A stretch of DNA of 64,000 nt from an uncultured Candidatus Saccharibacteria bacterium (GCA_964514595.1 CAZEQZ010000002.1:29812-93811); one strand, 5' to 3'. Positions 39,168 through 49,176 are shown, numbered from the stretch's first letter. The notes: a model not told the origin generated them from the sequence alone. Numbers and translations: made by a program.

Positions 39168-40271
39168 CTAAAGAGACAATCTTGGCTCCCTATCTATTTC
39201 TTTAATTTCATTTTTGTCTGTAATATATTCTTTCCTCTGTATTTTGTAATATGCAACTATCCCAACCATTCCTGCATTATCTCCTCTGTATTCTTTTTTA
39301 GGATATATATATTCCAAACCGTATGATCTAGCAATATTGCCTATAAATCTGACCATTTCCTCACTGTTAAATACCCCACCTCCCACAAATATAGCTTTTA
39401 TTTCAGGATACTGTTCTATAGCCATATCTAATTTTATTTTAATAGACTCATTCACAGCGTCCAAAAATCCTCTACAGAAATCATATATCCATTCTTTCTC
39501 TGGCTTCCCTTCCTCTCTTAGTTCCTTAACCTTATACAGTGCTGCTGTTTTCAAACCCGAATAGCTAAAGTTAAGATCTTTGGAATTCTTCATTGGTATA
39601 GGGAAGACAATTTCCCCTGATTTTCCTTTCTTTGCAAATTCGGTAATTACAGGACCACCTGGATATCCCAAATTCAACATCCTCGCAACCTTATCAAATG
39701 CCTCGCCCACTGCATCATCCAATGTCTCCCCAAGTTTCTTGTACTCCCCAGTCTGTTGAACATGTACCAGCTCAGTGTGCTTACCAGATACCAAAAGACC
39801 AATGGCCGGAAATAGGGACAGACCCTGGTACGACCCCTGTGGTTTCAAAATATTATCGCTATGCAATTTCTTCTGGTCCAGGGACAGACCAGGGTCAGAC
39901 CCCAGAAAACCTGAGAGTAAGTGCCCTTCCATATGGTTTATAGGTACAAATGGAAGACCATTTTCAATTGCCAAATCCTTAGCAAAGTTCAAACCTATCT
40001 CCAGATCAATCGCTAACCCTGGACCATACGTACATGCTATATAATCAACATCCTCGATTTTAACCTTTGCTCTCTTAAGTGCCTTCTCATATACGATTGG
40101 TATGTTTTTTTCATGCTCTCTCCTGGCTATATCTGGCACTACTCCACCCCACTGAGCATGTATTTCCACCTGAGAGGATACCTCAGAAGAAAGGATCTTA
40201 TTCCCTCTTAAGACTGCTACAGATGTATCATCACAACTTGTATCTATTGCTAATATTAGTAGGTTATTCAT
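39168..40271 (-). CDS. tsaD: tRNA N6-adenosine threonylcarbamoyltransferase TsaD (Kae1/Gcp family), carrying a ~25-aa in-frame insertion
   Basis: ILAIDTSCDDTSVAVL, HMEGHLLSGF and LLVSGKHTELVHV. Between the HMEGH region and LLVSG lies an extra segment GSDPGLSLDQKKLHSDNILKPQGSYQGLSLFP. It is encoded by GC-rich repeat DNA. Confidence 0.9.
   Translation of the reverse strand: MNNLLILAIDTSCDDTSVAVLRGNKILSSEVSSQVEIHAQWGGVVPDIARREHEKNIPIVYEKALKRAKVKIEDVDYIACTYGPGLAIDLEIGLNFAKDLAIENGLPFVPINHMEGHLLSGFLGSDPGLSLDQKKLHSDNILKPQGSYQGLSLFPAIGLLVSGKHTELVHVQQTGEYKKLGETLDDAVGEAFDKVARMLNLGYPGGPVITEFAKKGKSGEIVFPIPMKNSKDLNFSYSGLKTAALYKVKELREEGKPEKEWIYDFCRGFLDAVNESIKIKLDMAIEQYPEIKAIFVGGGVFNSEEMVRFIGNIARSYGLEYIYPKKEYRGDNAGMVGIVAYYKIQRKEYITDKNEIKEIDREPRLSL
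39815..39903. repeat. three copies of the GGGACAGACC/GGGTCAGACCC palindromic repeat inside the tsaD coding region
   Basis: GGGACAGACCCTGG (39815), GGGACAGACCAGGG (39881) and GGGTCAGACCCCAG (39893). The 23-mer GGGACAGACCAGGGTCAGACCCC matches the copy upstream of eno. It is translated as PGLSL/QGLSL in tsaD. Confidence 0.5.
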
Positions 40272-41343
40272 ATATCTCTATGCTCCTCTCATTAAGTGAT
40301 ACATACTTAATATTTACCTTGTATATGGGAATATTCATATTGTCACACAGTGCAGATATCTCTTGGTAGAATTTATCTGCCCACTCTATCAATACAATGT
40401 TTCCACTCTCTAAATGTTGGATTAATCCTGAGGTCTCTAATTCATGATCCTCTAATTTCCATGTATCCATATGTGCGAGGATCTGTCCCTTGTTATATGT
40501 ATATTCATTAATTATGGTATATGTCGGTGAATTTACGATTTCTTTAACTCCAAGTTGTTCAGCTACTCCTTTTGCAAATTGTGTTTTTCCTGCTCCTAGT
40601 TCTCCACTTAGTGCTACTACAACCGGGATATCTTCTGACAGATATTTTTTAGCAAATTCTTTTGCTAAATCAATAGTTTCTTGGGTTGTTTTTGTATTCC
40701 TTTCTTCCACCTTTTTATTTTTAATTAAGGCATTTTCAAATTGAAGCTTACCCTGCCTTAGGATACTTAATTGGTTCATTGTGGTGTCTAATACTGTAGA
40801 GGGTTGATTTTTAGGTAGTTGGCCCGCATCTAGGAAAAGATCTATCAGTTTAAAACTTTTCTTAGGAAGATCTTTCATTAACTGATCTATGTTGTATGGA
40901 GGTGATTTGTATGACACATTAGCTGATGTTGCTGTTATCGGTTTCCCGAATTGTTTAATTAATTCTAATGTAAATTCATAATCTGGATATCTTACTCCCA
41001 CAGCTCCCTGTATGGATACTACTGGAGGAACTAGATTACCCTTACTCATTGATATTACAGTTATTGGTCCAGGGAGATAGTTTTTGTATATGTTGTCTGC
41101 CATTTCATTAATCTCTACATACTCCTCTGCCATCTTCCTGTCTGCTACAGCTATGGATATGGGTTTGGATCCTCTGAGTGTTTTATATTCCATTATCTTT
41201 TCCAATGCTTTTGGATTAGTTGCATCTCCTCCTAGTCCATAGCAAGTTTCTGTCGGGTATACAATTAATCCACCGTTTTTTAATGTTTCAACGGCTTTTT
41301 TTATAGCAAGATCTTTATCTTTTTTAATATCAATTCTGTTCAT
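40264..41343 (-). CDS. tsaC-tsaE: fused L-threonylcarbamoyladenylate synthase (TsaC/Sua5/YrdC domain) and TsaE (YjeE P-loop ATPase)
   Basis: N-terminal YrdC-type fold (VYPTETCYGLGGDATNPKALEKI...). The C-terminal ~140 aa carry the TsaE Walker A ALSGELGAGKTQFAKGVAEQLGV, then SPTYTIINEY and IEWADKF. Confidence 0.8.
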   Translation of the reverse strand: MNRIDIKKDKDLAIKKAVETLKNGGLIVYPTETCYGLGGDATNPKALEKIMEYKTLRGSKPISIAVADRKMAEEYVEINEMADNIYKNYLPGPITVISMSKGNLVPPVVSIQGAVGVRYPDYEFTLELIKQFGKPITATSANVSYKSPPYNIDQLMKDLPKKSFKLIDLFLDAGQLPKNQPSTVLDTTMNQLSILRQGKLQFENALIKNKKVEERNTKTTQETIDLAKEFAKKYLSEDIPVVVALSGELGAGKTQFAKGVAEQLGVKEIVNSPTYTIINEYTYNKGQILAHMDTWKLEDHELETSGLIQHLESGNIVLIEWADKFYQEISALCDNMNIPIYKVNIKYVSLNERSIEIYE

Positions 41344-41419
41344 GGTATAATGTATATTATACTAGGAATATATGTAAATGCCCATATTCCAATACTTTTA
41401 AATTGTTAACATATATATT

Positions 41420-41740
41420 ATGCCATTACTACATTTAACTGACGAGAATTTTCAAGAAGAAATTAAGAATTATGAAGGAGTTGCTTTAGTAGATTTTTGG
41501 GCACCATGGTGTGGTCCTTGTCAGATGGTTGGACCATCTATTGAGGAATTAGCTACAGAGATGGAGGGGAAGGCTAAGGTTGGGAAAATTAATGTTGACG
41601 AAGAAGCTACTACGGCACAAGAGTACTACATAATGAGCATACCTGCGGTGTATGTATTCAAGAATGGAGAAGTTGTTGAGAAGCTGATTGGAGCTATGGA
41701 CAAGAATAGCTACAAAGAAGCTATTGAGAAGAATTTATAG
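41420..41740 (+). CDS. trxA: thioredoxin
   Basis: WAPWCGPCQM active site. 106 aa. Confidence 0.9.
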   Translation: MPLLHLTDENFQEEIKNYEGVALVDFWAPWCGPCQMVGPSIEELATEMEGKAKVGKINVDEEATTAQEYYIMSIPAVYVFKNGEVVEKLIGAMDKNSYKEAIEKNL

Positions 41741-42611
41741 TTTCTCTCTGTATAATGGTTGGATTAATTCCTTCCTTTTGTTGATTCTTTGAAGCTTCTT
41801 TTGCCTCATACATTAATTGATCAGCTTCATTGAATTTTCTTCTTAATATGTCTCGAACTAATTTTGTTCTTTCCTTAATATCTATACCTGTTCGACTCCC
41901 CAATTCTTGAAGTATGGAGTTCACGCTAAAACCTAATATGCCTGCACTATAGTTAAGATTAGATGTTTGTGTTTCATTTAAACGATCTACTATGGTATCC
42001 GTTATGTCTTCGTTTGATACTGTGAATACAGAGAATTCATCTCCGCCCCACCTAGCTATTTCATCATACGATCTGAATACATTTTTAAGATATTGGGCCA
42101 TTTGGAGTATGTATTCATCACCAATACTATGACCTTGTTCATCATTTATCTTCTTAAGATTATTTAAATCAAATACCCCAAAAGTTATGTATCTATCATT
42201 CATTTCTTCCCTTTGTATCATATCTGCTAATTTCTCAATAGCTATATTCCATCCCAATCTATTATCTACCTCTGTCAATGGATCTACTGTCATACTATTT
42301 TGAAGATCAATCACCCTATCTATCTCCCTACTAAAGTATAGGTTCAGAGGGGTGCCCTGTTTGTTGAAGGATACTCTTGCTCCCTTGAAGTCTTCTTGCT
42401 CTAATGGAATATATGTAATTAATTCTTCTGGATTTTCTGTTTCCTTGATCTGATTAGATTTTCTTTGAATATTTTCTAGCTGTTCTTCAGGTATGTATCT
42501 TGGATCATACTCAACATAGTAGATTTTTTCTCCAGAGGGATCTGTAGCGGAGTACATCATATTAGTTGGTATTTTTTCTGTAGTGGTGTCGTTGGATAGT
42601 TCTATGTTCAT
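41721..42611 (-). CDS. GGDEF-domain protein (diguanylate cyclase)
   Basis: RYITFGVFDLNNLKKINDEQGHSIGDEYI ... RWGGDEFSVFT with an intact GGDEF motif. Confidence 0.8.
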   Translation of the reverse strand: MNIELSNDTTTEKIPTNMMYSATDPSGEKIYYVEYDPRYIPEEQLENIQRKSNQIKETENPEELITYIPLEQEDFKGARVSFNKQGTPLNLYFSREIDRVIDLQNSMTVDPLTEVDNRLGWNIAIEKLADMIQREEMNDRYITFGVFDLNNLKKINDEQGHSIGDEYILQMAQYLKNVFRSYDEIARWGGDEFSVFTVSNEDITDTIVDRLNETQTSNLNYSAGILGFSVNSILQELGSRTGIDIKERTKLVRDILRRKFNEADQLMYEAKEASKNQQKEGINPTIIQRETINSSQ

Positions 42612-42695
42612 TTGTAGTATGGATAAGAATAATATGTATTATACATCATATTATTGTTATTCTGTATTACGTTTGATATACTTTTCACGTTATAT

Positions 42696-42772
42696 GGAGT
42701 GGTAGCTCAATTGGTTAGAGCATCTGCCTGTCACGCAGAAGGCTGCGGGTTCGAGTCCCGTCCATTCCGCCA
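42696..42772 (+). tRNA. tRNA-Asp (anticodon GUC), CCA encoded
   Basis: GGAGTGG-TA-GCTC-AATTGGTTA-GAGC-A-TCTGC-CTGTCAC-GCAGA-AGGCT-GCGGG-TTCGAGT-CCCGT-CCATTCC-G-CCA. Confidence 0.9.
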
Positions 42773-42920
42773 TCTATTTCTATAATTTCCGCGAACCAAT
42801 ATTTTATTGCATTAACAAGGCATATTATCAATCTGTTCCGCCCACTCTACTTAATCACCCTCCGAAATAATCCTATTTCTGTTGTATAATTACTCATAAT
42901 CCAATATCTTCATACAAATT

Positions 42921-43361
42921 ATGAGAGAGTTCAGAAAAAATATTTTTATTAGTGGCAATGACGTACTGAAATCTTTCAGTTTGAGAGCAAGTACACTTGT
43001 ACAAGTAGAAGATAGATATCTCATGGTTTTAAATGAGGGAGCTAATAAATATAAACACCCTGGAGGACATATAAACCTCAGCGAATCACTTCTGGAAGGT
43101 CTTAAGAGAGAACTAAAGGAAGAGATTGGTTTAGAGATACAAGATGCTGATCCAGAGAATATCTTCTTTGATGTGGTATTCAAAGATGGTAATGCTATGA
43201 TTAATTCCCTTTTTCAAATAGAGATAGATTTAAAGACTGCTAAAGAAGTAATGCTTACTTCTCCTTTATCAACGAAATTATTCAAGCTAGAAGAATTAAA
43301 TGAAGATAATACATGGGAATCAGAGATTAATGCTATTAGGCATTACGAGAAAACATTCTGA
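42921..43361 (+). CDS. NUDIX hydrolase
   Basis: Nudix box GGHINLSESLLEGLKRELKEEIGLEI (G-x5-E-x7-REUxEExGU). Confidence 0.8.
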   Translation: MREFRKNIFISGNDVLKSFSLRASTLVQVEDRYLMVLNEGANKYKHPGGHINLSESLLEGLKRELKEEIGLEIQDADPENIFFDVVFKDGNAMINSLFQIEIDLKTAKEVMLTSPLSTKLFKLEELNEDNTWESEINAIRHYEKTF

Positions 43362-43495
43362 CTTTTTCAAAAGTACAATCATCAACTCTTAACCAATCAC
43401 TATTTCGGGAATCATTCCATATCCTCCGCCATTCTTTCAAGGTTGCGACAAGACCTATCCACTATCTCTGAAACTTCTCTGATATAATTTTATGT

Positions 43496-44104
43496 ATGAT
43501 AAAAAAGAAGGAACTAATACTTCAGGATTTCGAAAAATATCCCAAACAATATACCTGGGAACTTAGTACAAATACAAAAGAAGAATTACTTCTCCGTCCA
43601 TTACTTCATTCTGATATTGGGAAACTAACATCTTTTTTAGAGAATCTTTCAATTGAAACAAGAAGACTAAGCACTTTCGATAGTTATGACAAAGTAACTG
43701 CAAAAGAATTATGCAATGCTATAAGTAAGTATGATAAATTACGCTTTGTTTTAGAGAATCAAAACAAAGAAATAGTTGGTTTGATAGAATTTACACTGGA
43801 TATACCTCAGAATATAATAGATAAATACACAACCTATGGCATTACCCTAGATACCAAATACACATGTAGATTTGGCCCTACTTTGGCAGATGAATATCAA
43901 AGCAAAGGATTAGGAAATCTAATATTCCCTTATGTATTAAAAATAGCAGAATTGTTGGGAAGGAAACACATCATACTCTATGGAGGAGTTCTTGCAGACA
44001 ATACTAGGGCAATAAATTACTATCAAAAACATGGATTTAAGATTGCGGGGAAGTTTTATAATGATAATGGAGTTGAAAATCTTGATATGATATTCTCTAT
44101 TTAA
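43496..44104 (+). CDS. GNAT-family N-acetyltransferase
   Basis: The C-terminal half, ...YQSKGLGNLIFPYVLKIAELLGRKHIILYGGVLADNTRAINYYQKHGFKIAG, matches the GNAT motif A/B region. Confidence 0.6.
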   Translation: MIKKKELILQDFEKYPKQYTWELSTNTKEELLLRPLLHSDIGKLTSFLENLSIETRRLSTFDSYDKVTAKELCNAISKYDKLRFVLENQNKEIVGLIEFTLDIPQNIIDKYTTYGITLDTKYTCRFGPTLADEYQSKGLGNLIFPYVLKIAELLGRKHIILYGGVLADNTRAINYYQKHGFKIAGKFYNDNGVENLDMIFSI

Positions 44105-44132
44105 TTCAGAAATAATTTAGACCCAATCAGAA

Positions 44133-44561
44133 ATGAAAGATCACATTGTTTATTTAGATACAAAAGCTAAGGAATTTGAAAAGCTTAAAAATAAAGAGAA
44201 GAGTATTATAATTAGAGGTGCTGCAGGAAGAAAATTGCCATATGGAATAGTATATGAAGGTGATACTCTCTACTTTATTAATAACAACGGAGAAGGATTA
44301 ATAAAAGGAAAAGCTACTGTAAAGTCTGTATTCAATTCAGAAAAAATGACACCCGAGCAATCTACTAAGTTAGTAGATGATAACAAAGAGAAGCTAAATC
44401 TCTCTGATAAACAGTATAGTAAATGGGCAGGGAAGAGATATTTAGTTCTAATTGAAGTAGGGAACTTTGAAGAAATTACTCCTTTTGAGATTGATAAAAG
44501 TAAATATAGTAATATGGATGACTGGTTGCCTGTTGAAGATATTGATTCTGTTAAAATATGA
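44133..44561 (+). CDS. hypothetical protein, possibly ASCH/PUA-like
   Basis: 142 aa. The fold assignment is weak and rests on length and beta-rich composition only. Confidence 0.3.
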   Translation: MKDHIVYLDTKAKEFEKLKNKEKSIIIRGAAGRKLPYGIVYEGDTLYFINNNGEGLIKGKATVKSVFNSEKMTPEQSTKLVDDNKEKLNLSDKQYSKWAGKRYLVLIEVGNFEEITPFEIDKSKYSNMDDWLPVEDIDSVKI

Positions 44562-44611
44562 TAGGTATAGAAATTTTTTCTGTCACAAACCATTTGTGCT
44601 ACAATTAAATT

Positions 44612-45349
44612 ATGAAAATAATAACATGGAATGTAGCAGGATTCAGAAGAGCAAATAGCTTAGATACCTGGGATTACTCTGAGGTAGATATTAAATACTT
44701 TGTAGACATAATCTCAGATTTAAATCCTGATATTGTTCATTTTCAAGAGGTAGAGTTTGTAGAGGGGGTAGATAGAGTAAAAGAGATATCAGAAATACTT
44801 AGATTTGAAAACTATCAAGGTATTCCAATGCATCCAAATCATATCGGGGAAGGAGAATTGGGGTATGCCATCCTATCAAAAGATACCATTTCCAATCTAA
44901 ATATAATTGATCAACCCTATCCGACTTTCGAATTAACATTTTCAGATGGAAAGGAAGCAGTTAGGTATGACAAGAAATTTGTCTCATATACATCTTTCGG
45001 ATTAAATCTCACTACTCTTCAATTACAACCTCTTCATTATTGGGGTTATAGCTATTATGAAGAACCTGGTTATTCATATGGTAAAGAAATTTCGAATAAT
45101 CTACTCTCCTTAAAGAGTGATATTATTACTGGAGATTTTCAAATTTCCCATTTAATTGTTCCTCTCGAAAATCTCTTTACTTCATACAATGATATTCTTC
45201 CTAATAAATTCACAAGGATGAGGAAGAATGGAAAACATACAAAGTCAGATCATATATTAGCAAAAGAAATTATAAAAGTGGAATCTTCAGAGGTTATCAA
45301 AACAAAAACAGATCATTATCTATGTTATGCGGACTTAACAACCCTATGA
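44612..45349 (+). CDS. endonuclease/exonuclease/phosphatase (EEP) family protein
   Basis: N-terminal MKIITWNVAGFRRAN and DIVHFQEVEF, the EEP motifs I/II. Confidence 0.7.
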   Translation: MKIITWNVAGFRRANSLDTWDYSEVDIKYFVDIISDLNPDIVHFQEVEFVEGVDRVKEISEILRFENYQGIPMHPNHIGEGELGYAILSKDTISNLNIIDQPYPTFELTFSDGKEAVRYDKKFVSYTSFGLNLTTLQLQPLHYWGYSYYEEPGYSYGKEISNNLLSLKSDIITGDFQISHLIVPLENLFTSYNDILPNKFTRMRKNGKHTKSDHILAKEIIKVESSEVIKTKTDHYLCYADLTTL

Positions 45350-45870
45350 GCATATACATTGTATTTATCATCTCATTCTTAATCCTTACCATCTTCGGAA
45401 CCCTACTACACTTCACTCATGGATGGTTTAAGAAGGGTATCCTATTACATATATTCTCAGCTTTAAATGAAAGTACATGGGAACATATGAAGCTATTAAT
45501 AGCTCCAACTATATTAGTAATAATATTTCAGTATATATTCCTTAGAAATGAATATTTAAATATATTTAATTCTCTTTTGATATTGTTAATTGTAGAACTA
45601 ATCTCTATACCCCTTCTCTACAAACCTCTTAGGATATTAATTAAAGAGGTACCTTTTCCAATTACAATATCCATTTTTATTCTTTCCATAATATTTGGAT
45701 TAATAGCAGAATATACTATGTTAAAGAATGAGGTATTCATATTTCCTGAACATATATCCTTAATAGTTATTTTGGGGATAGTAATAATATTTGGAATATT
45801 TACATACTATCCTCCTAAGTTCTTCATATTTAGAGACCCTGTTACAAAGAGGTATGGAGATATAAGATAA
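45322..45870 (+). CDS. polytopic membrane protein (hypothetical)
   Basis: 182 aa with 5–6 TM helices. Confidence 0.4.
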   Translation: MLCGLNNPMSIYIVFIISFLILTIFGTLLHFTHGWFKKGILLHIFSALNESTWEHMKLLIAPTILVIIFQYIFLRNEYLNIFNSLLILLIVELISIPLLYKPLRILIKEVPFPITISIFILSIIFGLIAEYTMLKNEVFIFPEHISLIVILGIVIIFGIFTYYPPKFFIFRDPVTKRYGDIR

Positions 45871-45963
45871 CAATCGTATGGTAATACAAGACTAATACAA
45901 TATTCTATTTATTCCACCTTATAGTATAATCTTAAGTACTCATAACTTACAAATACTTTGAAC

Positions 45964-46767
45964 ATGGCCATAGAAGATAGAAGGGAACCAACAAATCAAG
46001 AATCCTTTCAAGAAACAGTAAAATTGGCCAATGTTTAAGGAACTGCAACATACGAAGGATATATATCAATAACAAGAGGAAACAGATCGGTAGAACAAGG
46101 TCTTGGAAAGTATGTTGAGGAATCTAATTTTGGAGATAGTATTAAGTGGGATTGTTTAAATGAGGCAAAGACTTTACTCAGATCAGGTTCTCACTATTAC
46201 AATGATAGACTCTTTCATAGAGGTATCTGTATAGAAGATACAGTTATTACTTTCTGTTCTCCAGATACATATCTATCTCTTAACAAAGCACTCTCTACAG
46301 TTTTGTATTGGAGCTTAGAGAATAAAGTTAAGCTTGAGCACATAGCAATAAGATCAAACTGGAAGAAAGAAGGTCTAATTGAGAGTTTGAATAGTTGTAG
46401 AGGTATTACACCTGGTTTTTCTGATTATGATAATGGAACAAGGGAACTTGCTTTCTATCCAGCAGATACGGATTTACCTGAAGAGGATAACTATTGGGAA
46501 GTAGACTACAAAGGTAATCTAATTCCATCTCTAAACTTATTCACATCACCAGAGATTTGGCATTTTGTAACAGAGAGACCTGTTGAAATGATTGAGTTAA
46601 TTGCAAAACAAATAGGAAGACAATCATGTATAATCGAGGAGGAGACATTTTTCAATATAGAATCTGCAATAGTAATTCCGGATGTAACAAATGAGAATCA
46701 TTTGTTTACTATAACAGCATCTTCTAAGGAAACGGATTTTAGAAATATCATTAAACAAAATAACTGA
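45964..46767 (+). pseudogene. ORF interrupted by an in-frame TAA at 46036–46038; either a pseudogene or a 24-codon uORF plus a downstream gene with no ATG start
   Basis: The ATG at 45964 opens the same frame as the 46303–46767 ORF. The frame is coding-like throughout. The only stop is TAA at codon 25. After the stop there is no in-frame ATG or GTG until the TTG at 46303. Confidence 0.4.
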
Positions 46768-46785
46768 GATATTTAAAAGGGTTTG

Positions 46786-47556
46786 TTATTTTTCATATAT
46801 ATCAAGAATATATCTCACTCCATTAACAGACCTTTCTAAACCATCCATATCCCCACACTTATACCTACTATTATGCAAAAAATAATTTACTACACTACGA
46901 TATTTTGTAATATTATTAATATCTTCGATTAATCTACTATTCTTAGCTTCCATACTCTCTTCTCTTTCTTCTAAGAGTGTCCCATATATCTGTTCCCAAC
47001 TATCAGGTAGTACTGCAACAGATATTGGTTGGAACCCATATTTAGGTAATTCTTTGTGTAATGTAATAGTTCCATTTATATCTGGTCTTATAACTGGAAT
47101 ACCTTTACCTTCTACTAACAATGATTTTCTAGGTAAACCGTAAACATACTTATAGTGGCCATCACACTCAACTAGGTCATGCTCCTTCTTAATACTTTCT
47201 TCATACTCCTCTTTACTCTCTCCTTCCCTTCTTTCTCTTACCTTAATCCAATGATACTTGTCTTCTGGTTCCCCTTCCTCTACTCTTCTTGGTCTAGAAG
47301 TAGCTGTAACTACATGATATACCAATCCTAAGGATTCTAACTCGTCCATTACAGTATCTTTACCTGCACATGTAAAACCAGTAAGTATGATAGCTAACTT
47401 CTTTGTAGGATCTTTTTCAACATACCTATTACAATATACTCCTAGTTCAGGTTGGGAACCTATACTGTCTTTCAAATGAAGATACATATCTTCCATAGGT
47501 GGGAATTCAGAAAAATCTTTTATTTCACTACTTACTTCAACAGGATCTTTTAACAA
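46786..47556 (-). CDS. gmk: guanylate-kinase-like P-loop kinase with an N-terminal extension
   Basis: Walker A GFTCAGKDT. VTATSRPRRVEEGEPEDKYHWIKV matches the Gmk TTRPPRPGE..G.DYHFV motif. ECDGHYKYVYGLP matches EWAEVHGNYYGT. Confidence 0.55.
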   Translation of the reverse strand: MLKDPVEVSSEIKDFSEFPPMEDMYLHLKDSIGSQPELGVYCNRYVEKDPTKKLAIILTGFTCAGKDTVMDELESLGLVYHVVTATSRPRRVEEGEPEDKYHWIKVRERREGESKEEYEESIKKEHDLVECDGHYKYVYGLPRKSLLVEGKGIPVIRPDINGTITLHKELPKYGFQPISVAVLPDSWEQIYGTLLEEREESMEAKNSRLIEDINNITKYRSVVNYFLHNSRYKCGDMDGLERSVNGVRYILDIYEK

Positions 47557-47663
47557 GTATCATTTATACTAAAGTTATAGGATATTATAGAGCAATTTGA
47601 TCGAATATGTATAGTTCATCTTGATATACTCAACTTATCTATTTATAATAAAGGGATAATATT

Positions 47664-47969
47664 TTGAAAGAAAAAATGCTTGAATATCTCCGTGTATTAG
47701 AAATTAATCCTGCCTCTGATGGTCGTCAATATGAGAAAATTGATCTTGAAGACTTGGGTGACATAGGCTTCGCAGATGGATATGCAGATTTAATGAACGA
47801 TCAAGAAAATATCCAAGAAGAACTCCATAAAAGAAATCTTAAAGACGAACAACTGGAATATTATCTCTTCTTATACAAAGAAGGGTATGATAAGGGGGAA
47901 TTTATGAGCCAAAATGCAGATATACTTTATGATGAACATGGAAATCTGAAAGACGAATACACTCTTTAA
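47664..47969 (+). CDS. acidic hypothetical protein
   Basis: 101 aa, D/E-rich. Confidence 0.3.
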   Translation: MKEKMLEYLRVLEINPASDGRQYEKIDLEDLGDIGFADGYADLMNDQENIQEELHKRNLKDEQLEYYLFLYKEGYDKGEFMSQNADILYDEHGNLKDEYTL

Positions 47970-47979
47970 AAAATCTTCC

Positions 47980-48546
47980 CTATTTAATAAATACAGAAAA
48001 AGGCTCTACTAATTCAGAAATATACTGTATACTAACCTCTTTTCTATCTACATCTTCATTAGGTATATACACTCCACAAGCCTTATCCACCCTATACCTA
48101 AAATAATTATCAAACCTTTGATTTTCATTAGGAAATACACCCTTAAGGGTACAATATTCCGAAAGATTAAGTACAAAATTTGTCTTCTTTAACTTCGTAC
48201 CTGTAATGGCAAAATGTGGCTTATTATTATTCCCAACCAGTAACACATCATCAGGAAGTTTCCTCCATACACTCCTATCTTCAGAAAAATACTTAAACTT
48301 TTCAAAAGACTTAGGTACAAAATCAGACTTAGTCTCTACAAACAAAATTTTAATCTTGTTACCTTGTGCATTAGAAACTAAGTTTCTAATAACTAAGGGT
48401 CTGCAAAATACTCCACTGTATCCCCAAAAATATTTTCCTACTTTCTTTTGTTCTTTCTGTTTGATATCTATTATTTCATCTAACGAATATCCACAGTATG
48501 GACCTACTTTCATTAGAATTATATGGGAATATTTCTTTAATTGCAT
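47980..48546 (-). CDS. hypothetical protein
   Basis: 188 aa. No recognisable family. Confidence 0.35.
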   Translation of the reverse strand: MQLKKYSHIILMKVGPYCGYSLDEIIDIKQKEQKKVGKYFWGYSGVFCRPLVIRNLVSNAQGNKIKILFVETKSDFVPKSFEKFKYFSEDRSVWRKLPDDVLLVGNNNKPHFAITGTKLKKTNFVLNLSEYCTLKGVFPNENQRFDNYFRYRVDKACGVYIPNEDVDRKEVSIQYISELVEPFSVFIK

Positions 48547-48627
48547 ATGGGTTAATTATATCACCATCCTTTATTTATTCTCCTCTTATATCTCTACTAC
48601 CCAAGTTATTAGAATTCTTAAAAATTA

Positions 48628-48972
48628 CTACTCCATCTCTCCTCGAAACCATTCCCAATATGAATCTGCTACTGATATAACTGGTATAGCAAATATACAA
48701 GGTACCTCATATGTATGTAGTTTAGTTACTTCTTTTTCAATATCATCATATTTAGACTTAATACTCTTTACTATTAATACAACTTCCTTACTCTTATCTA
48801 TCTTTCCTGTCTTAGGTGGCCAAAAGAACATAGGTTGCATATTCTCAAATATATTTACACATGCACATAGTTTCTTTTTCATAAGTTCTTCCCCTATACC
48901 TTCTGCTTGTTTAAGACTATCACAAGTAATATATACTAATATCATATAATCATCGTTTTGAGTAAATTTCAT
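48628..48972 (-). CDS. cutA: divalent-cation tolerance protein CutA
   Basis: ILVYITCDSLKQAEGIGEELMKKKLCACVNIF ... LHTYEVPCIFAIPV ... YWEWF matches the CutA1 signature. Confidence 0.85.
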   Translation of the reverse strand: MKFTQNDDYMILVYITCDSLKQAEGIGEELMKKKLCACVNIFENMQPMFFWPPKTGKIDKSKEVVLIVKSIKSKYDDIEKEVTKLHTYEVPCIFAIPVISVADSYWEWFRGEME

Positions 48973-49176
48973 ATTTAGTATAACTATTTTAATGATGTAT
49001 TATATTACAATATAGGATATATTAGCTATATGAAAGACTATAAAATATTAGAGATAGGTAATATTAGAGTATCATTTGCTTGGTATGATATATGGATAGG
49101 GATATATATAGATAAAGAAAAAAGGAAATTATATATATGTCCTATACCTATGATATTGGTTAGGATTGGATATTAG

